NCBI GenBank assembly: GCA_964503955.1
Contig: CAZDCG010000001.1
Coordinates: forward strand, 68,962-107,803
DNA: 38,842 nt
Direction: 5' to 3'
From: an uncultured Gammaproteobacteria bacterium
GTDB lineage: Bacteria > Patescibacteriota > Patescibacteriia > VMEV01 > CAYQCH01
Below are positions 17,139 through 27,290 of this stretch, piece after piece; positions within the stretch are counted from its first letter, which is position 1, and the number at the start of each line of letters is the position of its first letter. The notes below the pieces were generated by a model, which saw only the letters and a list, made by a program, of their open reading frames with translations, was not told the origin of the DNA and made no database searches. The position numbers were made by a program, and so were the translations under genes.

Positions 17139-17456
17139 CTATTCTGGTTGAGCAGTAAAATGCTGCAGCCATCGTTTCAGCCGGCCGGCTTCAGCTTGGA
17201 CTTGTTCGCCGTCATATTCCGTATCATGCAGGCGCTGCCCCCAGCCATGTTCGCGGTAATCAAGATGCAGATGCAGCCGCAATTCATCGTCTGACTCTCC
17301 TTCCACATATACGTGAAAACGGGGATATCGATTCGCGGTCAACCGGAGAATATAACTTTGTTTTCCGCTGCGGCGGTCAAGAATGGGAAAATACCCGGCC
17401 TCACGCAAAATCTGATAGGAGTTCTTGCGCAGAAAACCCTGATGAGCGATATCCAT
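17139..17456 (-). CDS. Conserved hypothetical protein (CPR-type)
   Basis: 105-aa ORF tightly packed in the operon; YILRLTANRYPRFHVYV..LHLHLD..EYDGEQV. Confidence 0.7.
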   Translation of the reverse strand: MDIAHQGFLRKNSYQILREAGYFPILDRRSGKQSYILRLTANRYPRFHVYVEGESDDELRLHLHLDYREHGWGQRLHDTEYDGEQVQAEAGRLKRWLQHFTAQPE

Positions 17457-17473
17457 AGAGCGAGATGGCTTAC

Positions 17474-18715
17474 TTAATTGGCCGCGCGCAGGATCTGAAG
17501 CGCCGCATCAAGCTGCGGGTCTTGGCTATTGTCAAAATCCTCTTCTGTCAGATCAATTTCAACGTCAGGTACGATCCCGGCCTCGTCAATGGCGCGCTCG
17601 CGCGGCGTAAACCATTTGGCAACGGTCAAACGGAACGAAGATCCATCTTCAAGCGTCTCATATTTCTGCACGGACCCTTTTCCAAACGTTGTCTTTCCGA
17701 TAATAGTTGCCACTCCGTAATCCTGCAAAGCTCCCGCCACAATTTCCGACGCGGACGCACTGCCTTCATTGACCAGGACAACCGTCGGGATCCCTGCCAG
17801 GCGCGCCCGGCCGCGGGAATGGTGCTGACGTTCTTCGCCTGCATGATCACGCTCTCTCAGGATGATACCGTGCTCAACCCATTCGCTGGAAACTTCAATG
17901 GCCATATCAAGAAATCCGCCGGGATTATTGCGCAGATCAAGAACAATTCCTTTGATGCCATCGCTTTCCTGACGGATAAACTGATTCAAAAGATTTTCCG
18001 TCTCTTCATCAAAGGAAGACAATTTCAAATGCGCGATTCCCCCCTCAAGCATTTCCCATCGCAACCCTGTATGTTCGATCTTCTTGCGCGTAATCGTGAT
18101 GGTACGAGGATCATCCGACTCGTTTTGAACGAGCAGCGTAACAGTCGTTCCCTCTTCACCGCGAATTCTTGACACGGCCTCGTCTAAGGAGAGAAAAGCG
18201 GTGTCAACATCATCAATAGACAATATGTGGTCGCCCGCCCGCAAACCTGCGAGATCTCCAGGGCTGCCGTCCAATGGAGCGATGACAACCAATTGTCCTT
18301 TTTTAATCCCCACTTCCACCCCGATACCGCTGAAGGAACCGGACAATTCCTGATCAAATATCTCCGCCAGTTCCGGGTCATAAAATTCTGAATACGGGTC
18401 GTCAAGAGCGGAAAGCAGCCCTCTCATTGCTCCGTAAAAGAGATCTGAATCGCTGACCGGCTGGTGGATATATTCTGATTTGATATTGTCCCAGACATCC
18501 CAGAAGAGCTGAAAATCCGGAGCTCCTTGATAGCTCGACGAAATCAACCCTTTTTGACGCAATTGCGTATCTGCCGCCGAGGTTCTGTCTCCAAGCGTGC
18601 GGCCGCTGCCCAAAAACCAGCCTGAAAAAAAAGTGATAATCAACGCAAAGACAATCCCGTAGCTTTTCGCCCAGGATTTTTTCGTCACCTGATTAGGTCC
18701 AAAGTAGTCGCTCAT
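17474..18715 (-). CDS. S41A C-terminal processing protease (CtpA-like) with PDZ domain
   Basis: TM anchor, LDDPYSEFY, FSGIGVEV, LDLRNNPGG, NEGSASASEIVAG, GKTTFGKGSVQ. Start at 18715 gives an ATGA overlap with the murA stop. Confidence 0.93.
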   Translation of the reverse strand: MSDYFGPNQVTKKSWAKSYGIVFALIITFFSGWFLGSGRTLGDRTSAADTQLRQKGLISSSYQGAPDFQLFWDVWDNIKSEYIHQPVSDSDLFYGAMRGLLSALDDPYSEFYDPELAEIFDQELSGSFSGIGVEVGIKKGQLVVIAPLDGSPGDLAGLRAGDHILSIDDVDTAFLSLDEAVSRIRGEEGTTVTLLVQNESDDPRTITITRKKIEHTGLRWEMLEGGIAHLKLSSFDEETENLLNQFIRQESDGIKGIVLDLRNNPGGFLDMAIEVSSEWVEHGIILRERDHAGEERQHHSRGRARLAGIPTVVLVNEGSASASEIVAGALQDYGVATIIGKTTFGKGSVQKYETLEDGSSFRLTVAKWFTPRERAIDEAGIVPDVEIDLTEEDFDNSQDPQLDAALQILRAAN

Positions 18716-20007
18716 GTTGTTTGCTGGCCGCAGTTGACGCACGTATGCGCTTCTTTCTTCCGTTCAATGACGGCGCCGACAGCTTTCAGACGCTCTTCAA
18801 GAGCCTCGTAGCCGCGATCAATATGATAAATATGTTCCACGCAGGAATCGCCCTTCGCAATCAATGCCGCCATCACGAGAGTGATTCCGGCGCGCAAATC
18901 AGGGCTTTCAATGGTTTTCCCATATAGCTGGCTTGGACCGCTGATCAAGACACGGTGCGGATCGGCCATGATGATATCAGCTCCCATCTGATTCAGCTTG
19001 TCGGTGAAGAAAAGACGTCCGTCATAGACCGTCTCATGCATCATGCTTAACCCTTCGGCCTGTGTCAAAAGTAATGTCATCGGAGGCTGCAGATCCGTGA
19101 TAAACCCAGGATATTCATGTGTTTTGACCTGCTGCGGCCGCAAATTCATTGATTTTTTCACCTCAACGTAATCCTCGCCTAAGCTATATTGTACTCCCAT
19201 CAGATCAAAATATTTCCACAAGGCATCCAAATGATCAGGGCGGATCTGCGTTACTTTAAGCGGATTTCCACATAAGGCACCAAGAATTGCAAATGTCCCC
19301 GCTTCAATTCGATCCGGAATAATTTCTCCCGTCCCCCCGGAGAGACGCTCTACGCCCTCAATAACCAGCGTGGGGCTGTCAATACCGGTGATCTTTGCGC
19401 CCGCGGAGTTGAGGTATGCGCAAAGAGCGCCGACTTCGGGCTCCATGGCGGCATTCTTAATAACAGTTTTGCCTTGCGCGAGCACCGCCGCCAGAATAAG
19501 AGCTTCCGTCCCCGTATGGCTGACCCACTTAAATGTATAATCGACTCCCTTCAACTTGTCCGCCTTGATGCGGTACGCGTCGTGCGATAACTCGATTTTT
19601 GCTCCCATGATGCGGAGAAAATCCAATGTCATGTCAATCGGACGCCGCCCGATCGCGTCTCCGCCTGGATGAGGAAAGACGACCTCCTTAAACCGGTGAA
19701 GCAGCGGCATGATAAAAAGAAAAGAAGCCCGCATTTTCACCACTTCTTTGGCGGGAAGATTCGCAGACGTAATCCCGGACGGGTCGATGGTAACGGTATG
19801 GCCGTTGCGCTCAACCTTTCCGCCAATCGCATTGATGATATCGGCCATCAGCCGCAAATCAAGGATATCCGGCACCTGCTCAAGCGTACAAACCTCATCG
19901 CTGAGCAAAGCAGCGGGATACATTTTTAGCGCGTGGTTTTTCGCCCCGTGCACCGGAATGATTCCTTGCAGGATTTGCTCGCCTTTGATAAGAAATGATT
20001 CTGACAT
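18712..20007 (-). CDS. murA: UDP-N-acetylglucosamine 1-carboxyvinyltransferase (Asp variant)
   Basis: GAKNHAL, RASFL, PGGDAIGRRPID, PDRIEAGT, YPGFITDLQ, DLRAG, HIDRGYE. Confidence 0.96.
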   Translation of the reverse strand: MSESFLIKGEQILQGIIPVHGAKNHALKMYPAALLSDEVCTLEQVPDILDLRLMADIINAIGGKVERNGHTVTIDPSGITSANLPAKEVVKMRASFLFIMPLLHRFKEVVFPHPGGDAIGRRPIDMTLDFLRIMGAKIELSHDAYRIKADKLKGVDYTFKWVSHTGTEALILAAVLAQGKTVIKNAAMEPEVGALCAYLNSAGAKITGIDSPTLVIEGVERLSGGTGEIIPDRIEAGTFAILGALCGNPLKVTQIRPDHLDALWKYFDLMGVQYSLGEDYVEVKKSMNLRPQQVKTHEYPGFITDLQPPMTLLLTQAEGLSMMHETVYDGRLFFTDKLNQMGADIIMADPHRVLISGPSQLYGKTIESPDLRAGITLVMAALIAKGDSCVEHIYHIDRGYEALEERLKAVGAVIERKKEAHTCVNCGQQTT

Positions 20008-20067
20008 ATACTAAAAACAAAGTATTTATACCTCCTAGAACGGAAAGGCACAGCTTTTTCTTACCCT

Positions 20068-21378
20068 ATGACACTCCTCAAACGACGCCTGATCTTTGCT
20101 CTTCTCTTTCTTGTGTTTTTCCTTGGAGGACCGGCTATTGTGCTTTATGCCGCCGGATACCGGCTGAATATAAAACAAGGGCGCATAGAGCGCGTCGGGC
20201 TTTTGCATGTTACTACAGATCCGGACGATAGCCAAATGATTCTTGACGGAATCCTTTATGAAATCGGCAAAGAAATCGTCCTAAAAAGCCTGCAACCGAA
20301 ACGCTATGAGATTATCCTGACCAAAGAAGGCTATCATTCCTGGATCAAGAATATCGACATCCTTCCCGGCCAATCAACGATCTTGCGGGAGATAAAACTG
20401 ATTCAAAAATCCGATCCTGTTCTCATCAGTGAACAAAAAGAATCAAAGAGCGTCGCTGTCAGAGCAAATCAGGTGCTTTTGCAGCAAGGCGCAAACTTGC
20501 TCATACAGACAACAGCCGGCGAACCGCAAAGCGTGCCGATGCAGTCTGCTCATGAGATGCATGATCTCCGATTCAATACCGACGGCTCAATGATTGCTTT
20601 CTCACAAAACGGAACCTGGTTTACCGCTGATCTGCTTACCGAAAAGATACAGGAAATCACAACCGATTTGCCGGTTCAACAAATCGAATTCGCGAGCAGT
20701 CTGATCTTGCTGCTCACCCCGCAGGAAATCTGGACCTACAATCCGGCCTCGCAAACCGAAGGAGAACAGCTATGGACAATCTCCCTTCCGCAACTGGTAA
20801 AAAGCAAGTCCGACGGCTATTGGATCATCAGCACCGAACCCGCCAGACAGCGAAGCTTCCTTTATGAAACATCGGGCTTGAGCGGACGACCAAGACTTGT
20901 CGCAACATTGCCCTATGCCCAGACATACGAAATGATCCGCGACAGCAACGGGTTTATCACGCTGCTTGACCGCGCTGCCAAAAAAGCGGTGCTGGTTGAT
21001 ACGCGCATCCTCCCGCCAAGAATCGAGGTGCTTGAAGGCGTGCATAAGGCAGTTTGGAACGCGGACGGTACGCAGCTGCTGACAGCAACCGACTACGAAA
21101 TAACGATTCATCATTTCACGCAAGGCAGAACGCAGGAATTGATCTTGCGCATCAGCACGCCGCTGCGCGACGTCGCCTGGCACCCTGAGGAACGCCATGT
21201 GTTTTACACCACGGATGACGGGCTTTTCCTGGTGGAACGAGACGGAATATCGCAAAGAAATATCTTCGCGTTGAATAGAAACGCGTCCTATCCGGAATTT
21301 GTAATGACAAGCAAGGAGACGATCCGGTTTCTCTCCACGCCTGCTGGAACCGTGCAGATCTGGGAACTCGCGCTTTAA
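20068..21378 (+). CDS. PEGA-domain membrane-anchored protein with beta-propeller-like C-terminus
   Basis: N-terminal TM + YAAGYR, PEGA-like (LQPKRYEIILTKEGYHSWIKNIDI), repeated W/F..DG..L blades. Confidence 0.7.
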   Translation: MTLLKRRLIFALLFLVFFLGGPAIVLYAAGYRLNIKQGRIERVGLLHVTTDPDDSQMILDGILYEIGKEIVLKSLQPKRYEIILTKEGYHSWIKNIDILPGQSTILREIKLIQKSDPVLISEQKESKSVAVRANQVLLQQGANLLIQTTAGEPQSVPMQSAHEMHDLRFNTDGSMIAFSQNGTWFTADLLTEKIQEITTDLPVQQIEFASSLILLLTPQEIWTYNPASQTEGEQLWTISLPQLVKSKSDGYWIISTEPARQRSFLYETSGLSGRPRLVATLPYAQTYEMIRDSNGFITLLDRAAKKAVLVDTRILPPRIEVLEGVHKAVWNADGTQLLTATDYEITIHHFTQGRTQELILRISTPLRDVAWHPEERHVFYTTDDGLFLVERDGISQRNIFALNRNASYPEFVMTSKETIRFLSTPAGTVQIWELAL

Positions 21379-22454
21379 AGCTCTACAAATGTATTTTCGC
21401 CGATAACCAGCTTATGGCCGCTGGGCAAAGACTGGATCTTTGAACTCACCACGCAATTTTGGCCAAGCACGCTGTCGACAATGCGCTCTTCGGTTTGGAT
21501 AAAGACATTGTCCATGAGAATGGAATGTTCAATTTCGCTTCGAAGCAAACGAACTCCATTGCCAATGGACGTATAGGGTCCGATATAGGAATCATTGATC
21601 TCGCAGTTTTTGCCGATAGAAACAGGGCCGCGAACAACAACATTCGGCCCGATTTTGGTTCCTTCGCCAACAATAACGCGCCCCTGAATAATAGCGGCGG
21701 GATCAATTTCCCCTTTCAAATCAGTTTCAATTGTATGCAAAGCTAAGCTGTTTCCCCCCAGAAGGTCTTCGGGCGTGCCGGTATCTTTCCACCAGCCTGT
21801 AATTTCACTGACGGTGATTTTATGCCCCTGGTCAATCATCCATTGATGCGCCAAAGGAGGGTAATATTCCGGAACCGAACTATTCCCCTTGATGACCGGT
21901 TTTACATTTTTCATCGCTTCAAAAATAGGACTGCGGTAGAAATAAACTCCGGTCACGGCCAGATCGCTGACAAACTCCGTCGGCTTTTCAACCGTTTTGA
22001 TCATGCGCCCGTTTTCGACAATAGCGACCCCGAACCGCTGCCAATTATTCACCCTGGTTACCAGCAAATGCGCTGAAGCATCAGACGCGAGAAAGGTATC
22101 CATGTATTGTTTGATTCCGCCGGAGAGAACATTGTCGCCCGCAGAAAGGAGAAATGGACTATTACCGATAAGCTTTTCCGCCATGATGATCGGATACATC
22201 ATGCCGTTTGGCATTTCCTGCTCGATATAGTGCACCTTGATTCCCCAAACCGAACCGTCGCCTATGGCAGCAGGAATTTCTTTGTCGCCTTTATTCACGT
22301 TCACGATGACTTCTTTGATCCCGCAAGCAGCAATATCGTCGATCACGCGGAAAATCATCGGCCGGCCGGCGATGGGAATAAGATGTTTATTCAATGTATT
22401 GGTGATCGGACGTAATCGCGTACCGCGTCCGCCCGCAAGAACAAGGGCTTTCAT
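21375..22454 (-). CDS. rfbA: Glucose-1-phosphate thymidylyltransferase (long form with LbH tail)
   Basis: LAGGRGTRLRP, NKHLIPIAGRPMI, VEKP, WWKDTGT, hexapeptide-repeat C-terminus. Confidence 0.88.
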   Translation of the reverse strand: MKALVLAGGRGTRLRPITNTLNKHLIPIAGRPMIFRVIDDIAACGIKEVIVNVNKGDKEIPAAIGDGSVWGIKVHYIEQEMPNGMMYPIIMAEKLIGNSPFLLSAGDNVLSGGIKQYMDTFLASDASAHLLVTRVNNWQRFGVAIVENGRMIKTVEKPTEFVSDLAVTGVYFYRSPIFEAMKNVKPVIKGNSSVPEYYPPLAHQWMIDQGHKITVSEITGWWKDTGTPEDLLGGNSLALHTIETDLKGEIDPAAIIQGRVIVGEGTKIGPNVVVRGPVSIGKNCEINDSYIGPYTSIGNGVRLLRSEIEHSILMDNVFIQTEERIVDSVLGQNCVVSSKIQSLPSGHKLVIGENTFVEL

Positions 22455-22492
22455 AAGAAGTTATCCAATCACATTTCTCATCGACAGGCAAA

Positions 22493-23071
22493 TCATGGAT
22501 GTAGCTCTTTTCGCGCAAGCAGAAGAGCCGCCAACGTGAAGGAATCCTGTATGGTACCGGCTTCAGCCATGTCGTAGACATCTTTCACGGGAAGCAATTC
22601 TACGCACATCCCCTTTTCCGAGGCCTCCGGCTGGGGTTCCTGCTGTTTAAAAGCATGGCGCGCTAAAAATAAGTGGGCGACGTCATTAGTCATGCCGTTT
22701 GATACGTCAAACGTTGCGATTCGTTTAAACTGTTCCGCAGAATAACCTGTTTCCTCCAAAAGCTCCCGACGGGCGATTTCTTCCGGTGTTTCATCAAAGC
22801 CACCAGTCCCTCCGGGAACCTCCAGCGAATCTTTTGAGGTCAGATAACGGTATTGTTTTACGAGCACCAATTCATTGTTTTCGGTTAATGCCAAAACACC
22901 AACGGCGAACGGAATCGAAACATAATAGTATTCAAACGGCTGGCCGTCGTCTCGGATACCCTTATCGCAAACATAGGTATACCACGGATTGCGATGCAAA
23001 ACCTCGCGCTTAAGAATGTTCCAGCGCGATTCTTTTTGCCTTGGCCTCCAATTGGATAGATTTTCACTCAT
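22493..23071 (-). CDS. Nudix hydrolase (ADP-ribose pyrophosphatase-like)
   Basis: LVKQYRY..EVPGG..ETPEEIARRELLEETGY Nudix box. Confidence 0.9.
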   Translation of the reverse strand: MSENLSNWRPRQKESRWNILKREVLHRNPWYTYVCDKGIRDDGQPFEYYYVSIPFAVGVLALTENNELVLVKQYRYLTSKDSLEVPGGTGGFDETPEEIARRELLEETGYSAEQFKRIATFDVSNGMTNDVAHLFLARHAFKQQEPQPEASEKGMCVELLPVKDVYDMAEAGTIQDSFTLAALLLARKELHP

Positions 23072-24068
23072 GCGTGTATTGCTCCTGATACCAGCGGGCG
23101 TATTCCCCTGATTTTATGGATTTCCACCAATCTTGATGCGTACGATACCAATCAACCGTTTGCTTAATCCCTTCATCGAAGGTTACGGAAGGCACCCAGC
23201 CCAATTGCCTGATTTTGAACGAATCAACCGCGTATCGGCGATCATGTCCGGGACGGTCGGAAACGTACTCAAGCAATGAGCCGTCCGCGCCACATAGCGA
23301 AAGCAGCTTTTTAGCCACGTCAAGATTTGTTAACTCTGGATCCTGCTCCGCGCCGATGACATAGTTCTCTCCTTCTCTGCCCTTATGCAGCACAAGATCG
23401 ATAGCTGAGCAATGATCCTCCACAAATAACCAGTCGCGGATCTGCTGGCCGTCTCCATAGACCGGAAGAGGTTTGCCCTCGATAATATTGGTGATGAATA
23501 GCGGAATAAGCTTTTCCGGATACTGATACGGACCGTAATTATTGGTGCAATTCGTCACAATCCCCGGAAAACCGAAAGAGCGGTGCGCTGCCTGCACCAA
23601 ATGATCTCCTCCCGCCTTTGAAGCTGAGTACGGGCTGCTTGGACGATACGGCGAGCTTTCGGTCGCTTTTCCTTGCTCCCAGTCACCGAATACTTCGTCT
23701 GTTGAAATCTGAATATACCGTTCATGTCCGGCTTCCTGCGCGGCTTTGATCAAACTGTATGTTCCGCGCATTGCCGTATCGATGAACGAAAAAGGCTCTT
23801 TTAATGAGCGGTCCACGTGGGTTTCAGCCGCAAAGTTGATGATGGCATCGACCTCGGAGGCCAGCTCGCGCACGAGCTTGAAATCGCCGATATCTCCCTT
23901 AATAAAACGATAACGCGGATTGTTTTCCACGTCTTTGAGGTTCTCAAGATTTCCCGCGTATGTCAGCTTGTCAAAATTAAGCACATGGTACGATGGATAC
24001 CTTGACAGGATATATCTGATGAAATTCGAGCCGATAAAGCCGGCTCCACCCGTGACCATCAGTTTCAT
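23064..24068 (-). CDS. rfbB: dTDP-glucose 4,6-dehydratase
   Basis: VTGGAGFIGS, AAETHVDRS, ISTDEV, YSASK, NNYGPYQYPEKLIP, DRPGHDRRY. Confidence 0.96.
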   Translation of the reverse strand: MKLMVTGGAGFIGSNFIRYILSRYPSYHVLNFDKLTYAGNLENLKDVENNPRYRFIKGDIGDFKLVRELASEVDAIINFAAETHVDRSLKEPFSFIDTAMRGTYSLIKAAQEAGHERYIQISTDEVFGDWEQGKATESSPYRPSSPYSASKAGGDHLVQAAHRSFGFPGIVTNCTNNYGPYQYPEKLIPLFITNIIEGKPLPVYGDGQQIRDWLFVEDHCSAIDLVLHKGREGENYVIGAEQDPELTNLDVAKKLLSLCGADGSLLEYVSDRPGHDRRYAVDSFKIRQLGWVPSVTFDEGIKQTVDWYRTHQDWWKSIKSGEYARWYQEQYTHE

Positions 24069-24069
24069 A

Positions 24070-24609
24070 TTATGACCTCAAATAGTTCTCAAGATGATGA
24101 TAGGCAACAATGCTCGAGCTGTCCGCAATCCCTGCCGATCTCACCAGTTTACTAAGCTGTTTGAGTGGAACAAATTTCATGTCCACGATTTCATCGCTGG
24201 CTTCATGATGCTTGATCGGCTCAAGCCCTTCGGCCACAAAGACATGCCCCTTTTGATTGGAAATACCCGGAGCAATAAAAAAGGAGGTCAGGCGTTTCCA
24301 TTTTCTTGCACGAAACCCCGTTTCTTCTTCAAGCTCTCTTTTTGCTGACATCAGCGGAGTTTCACTTCGCTCTCTCCAGCCTTTTGGAAATTCCCAGACA
24401 TAGCGGGCAAGCGGGTAGCGCCAGCTCTTAACGATATACACTCCCTGCCTCGCGCGGTCAAGCGGACAGACAACCACAAAAGGATCCGCAATCACGGAAA
24501 AATAGTTGGAGGATTTGCCGTTTGCGCGCAGAAACACGTCTTTGCGAACCTGATAGTACGGGTTCTTATGAACAACACGGCTTGTGATAACCTTTTTTGG
24601 TTTATGCAT
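24070..24609 (-). CDS. Nudix hydrolase
   Basis: WEFPKG..ETPLMSAKRELEEETGF. Confidence 0.9.
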   Translation of the reverse strand: MHKPKKVITSRVVHKNPYYQVRKDVFLRANGKSSNYFSVIADPFVVVCPLDRARQGVYIVKSWRYPLARYVWEFPKGWRERSETPLMSAKRELEEETGFRARKWKRLTSFFIAPGISNQKGHVFVAEGLEPIKHHEASDEIVDMKFVPLKQLSKLVRSAGIADSSSIVAYHHLENYLRS

Positions 24610-24630
24610 GTTTATCGCGGTCCAAACCTA

Positions 24631-25041
24631 TTAGAGATTTTGCCTGATCGCATTGGCAATACGGCTGACTTCATCTTGAGGCAAATCGCCTGATCCATGC
24701 CAGGCTTCGTATCCGTCTCCGTCAAATCTGGGGATGATGTGAAGATGCACATGATCGATTGTCTGCCCCGCAAGATCGCCATTATTGCACATTAGGTTAA
24801 AGGCTTCAGCGCCCACCGCTTTCATGATGGCCTTGGAGAGATATGGCACAACGCGCATCAGCGAGGCAGCCGCGTCATCCGTCATTTCCGCGAGGCGGTC
24901 CGTATGCGCTTTTGGAATGACCAAAGCATGACCGGGGTTGACAGGTTTGATATCAAGAAAGGCAAGCACTTCATCGTCTTCATAAATTTTTGCCGAAGGA
25001 ATCGCGCCGGAAATGATTTTACAAAAGAGACAGTCATTCAT
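24631..25041 (-). CDS. HIT family nucleotide hydrolase
   Basis: MNDCLFCKII start (25041), PVNPGHALVIPK, HVHLHIIPR triad. Confidence 0.93.
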   Translation of the reverse strand: MNDCLFCKIISGAIPSAKIYEDDEVLAFLDIKPVNPGHALVIPKAHTDRLAEMTDDAAASLMRVVPYLSKAIMKAVGAEAFNLMCNNGDLAGQTIDHVHLHIIPRFDGDGYEAWHGSGDLPQDEVSRIANAIRQNL

Positions 25042-25057
25042 AGCAGAGTGATAAGGA

Positions 25058-25684
25058 TTAGAGGAGCAGGGATTCCAGTTCTTTGACATTGCTCGCAAGA
25101 TAATCAGGCTGAATGTCGCGCATCTGTTCAGGCGTATTAAATCCCCATGTTACGCCGATCGTTTTTACCCCGGCCTTCTTTGCTTCTTTCATGTCGCTGA
25201 CGGTATCGCCGATAAAGACGACCTGCTCAGGTTCAATCTGGTATTCCTCTAAGATCAGCTTTATTTTAGCATCTTTATGGATAGAAACCTCAGGCCCCAA
25301 AAAGGCTGAAAAATAGGTGTCTATGCCTTCCTGTTCAAAACGTGTGAGCACCATGGAGATAAAGGTGGATGTGATGATCACCATGGGGTAGACCTTGCAA
25401 AGACGCTCAAGAGCGGCCTTCATGCCGTCAAACAGCTGTTGATTCTCGTAGGGGGCGATAAATCCGGGCATGGAATGAACATCCATTTTCTCTTCGGCTT
25501 GTAATCCCGCTCGAGCAAGAATCTGTTCCCAGGGATTTTCCTTGATCAGCTCGCGGTATTCGTCTTCGGAAATCTCCTCGCCGGTTTTTCCTTTAATAAA
25601 CTGCCGGGCATTTTCATACCCATGGCGGAAAGAATCAACGATGGTACCGTCGACATCAAATATCAGAAGCTTAGGTTTCTTCAT
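25058..25684 (-). CDS. HAD-superfamily phosphatase (Gph-like)
   Basis: FDVDGT motif I, FIGDTVSD, GVTWGF. Confidence 0.9.
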   Translation of the reverse strand: MKKPKLLIFDVDGTIVDSFRHGYENARQFIKGKTGEEISEDEYRELIKENPWEQILARAGLQAEEKMDVHSMPGFIAPYENQQLFDGMKAALERLCKVYPMVIITSTFISMVLTRFEQEGIDTYFSAFLGPEVSIHKDAKIKLILEEYQIEPEQVVFIGDTVSDMKEAKKAGVKTIGVTWGFNTPEQMRDIQPDYLASNVKELESLLL

Positions 25685-25752
25685 AGGATAAGCAGAGGAC
25701 CAGACAAACCTGCCTGGTCCTTGATTAAACGATCTTGCACCAGTCTACTTGA

Positions 25753-27039
25753 TTACCACTCTTTCTTCAATTCAAGCTCAATTTCCATGAGACGGTTGTA
25801 TTTTTCAACGCGTTCGCTGCGGGACAGGCTGCCGGTTTTGATGAATTCGGCATTCACGGCCAGCGATAAATCGGCAATGGTGGTGTCTCCTGTTTCACCC
25901 GAGCGATGAGAAATAATCACTTTATAGCCATGCTTGCGGGCAAGCTTGATCGCGTCAATTGTTTCCGTCAACGTGCCGATCTGGTTGACCTTGATGAGAA
26001 TAGCATTGGCCACTCTCATCTCAATTCCTTTTCGTAAACGCTCCGCATTGGTGACGAATAAGTCGTCTCCCACAATTTGCACGCTCTTGCCAAGTTTTTT
26101 TGTCAGCATGGCCCAGTCTTCCCATTGCCCTTCATGAAGCGGATCCTCAAGAGAAATGATTGAATACTTTTTGATCCAGGCTTGCAGCATGGCAACGATA
26201 TCTTTGGCATTTTTGTACTGCTTCCCTTTCTTCCCAGGGATTTTATAATCGAAATCGTAGCCTTTGCCTTCCTCAAAAAACTCGGACGCAGCCAGGTCGG
26301 AAGCGACAAAAACGTCTTTTCCTGGCGTAAATCCCGCTTCTTTGATCGCTCTAACAATATAGGAAAGCGCTTCTTCATTGTCTTTGAGTGTCGGCGCAAA
26401 GCCGCCTTCGTCTCCAACAAGCGTGAGATATCCATCCTTTGCAAGAATTTTTTTCAACGTTTGAAACACCTCAGCGCCTTTCCATACGCGCGCGGCCATA
26501 TTGGGGCCTTTTGGCACAATCATGAATTCCTGAATGGACAGCGTATTATTCGCATGCTGGCCGCCATTCATGATATTCATCATCGGCAAAGGAAAGCTGA
26601 ATCCTTTGGCCTGGATACGATAAATGGATCGAAGATGCTTATAAAGCGGAACCTTTTTCTGCGCGGCTCCCGCATGCGCGCAAGCAAGCGAGACGGCCAG
26701 AAGCGCGTTTGCGCCAAGCTTCTTTTTATTCGGTGTGCCGTCAAGCTCAATCATTTTTTTGTCGATTTGGCTGAGCTTGCGTACGTCCATTCCTTTGATT
26801 GCTTTAGCAATTGGACCATTCACATGCTTTACCGCCTTGCCAACGCCCTTTCCCGCCAATCGCTTTCCACCGTCGCGCAGCTCCCAGGCTTCAAAAGAAC
26901 CGGTGGAAGCTCCGGATGGAACGGAAGCGATTCCTTGCCCGCCTCCGTTGAGAATGACTTTGGCTTCCACGGTTGGAAATCCGCGCGAGTCAAGAATTTC
27001 CCTCGCTTGAACTTTTTTGATGGCAAAAGGCTGGCTCAT
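25753..27039 (-). CDS. eno: Enolase
   Basis: EILDSRGFPTVE, GDEGGFAP, VGDDLFVTN, SHRSGET, GSLSRSERVEKYNRL. Confidence 0.98.
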   Translation of the reverse strand: MSQPFAIKKVQAREILDSRGFPTVEAKVILNGGGQGIASVPSGASTGSFEAWELRDGGKRLAGKGVGKAVKHVNGPIAKAIKGMDVRKLSQIDKKMIELDGTPNKKKLGANALLAVSLACAHAGAAQKKVPLYKHLRSIYRIQAKGFSFPLPMMNIMNGGQHANNTLSIQEFMIVPKGPNMAARVWKGAEVFQTLKKILAKDGYLTLVGDEGGFAPTLKDNEEALSYIVRAIKEAGFTPGKDVFVASDLAASEFFEEGKGYDFDYKIPGKKGKQYKNAKDIVAMLQAWIKKYSIISLEDPLHEGQWEDWAMLTKKLGKSVQIVGDDLFVTNAERLRKGIEMRVANAILIKVNQIGTLTETIDAIKLARKHGYKVIISHRSGETGDTTIADLSLAVNAEFIKTGSLSRSERVEKYNRLMEIELELKKEW

Positions 27040-27290
27040 AGAATGTAGATACGGATAATGACAAAAAGGGAAATCAGCGCCCAGACAATGTTAAGGAATG
27101 CCGGCTGGTAGGCCCTCTTTCGTAAAGAGATATACACGATCGCCAGTGAACCGCCGATATTGAGAATGAGATAGATGGCAGAACGGGCGGATATCCAGTC
27201 AAGGCTGGTTGCCGCATAACCGGTGAGAATGGCAAGCGCCCCTGCCCAGCCCAGAACCTCCGCGCGAAAACGCGCGCTAGTAAATTTCAT
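27036..27290 (-). CDS. Small 3-TM membrane protein (CBU_0592-like)
   Basis: LGWAGALAILTGY..YLILNIGGS..AYQPAFLNIVW; overlaps both neighbours. Start moved to MKFTS. Confidence 0.7.
   Translation of the reverse strand: MKFTSARFRAEVLGWAGALAILTGYAATSLDWISARSAIYLILNIGGSLAIVYISLRKRAYQPAFLNIVWALISLFVIIRIYIL

Noticed and set aside
26182-27048. 288-aa + strand ORF opposite eno (and 29781-30530 opposite gap)
   Set aside because: Typical antisense frames of conserved, codon-biased genes.
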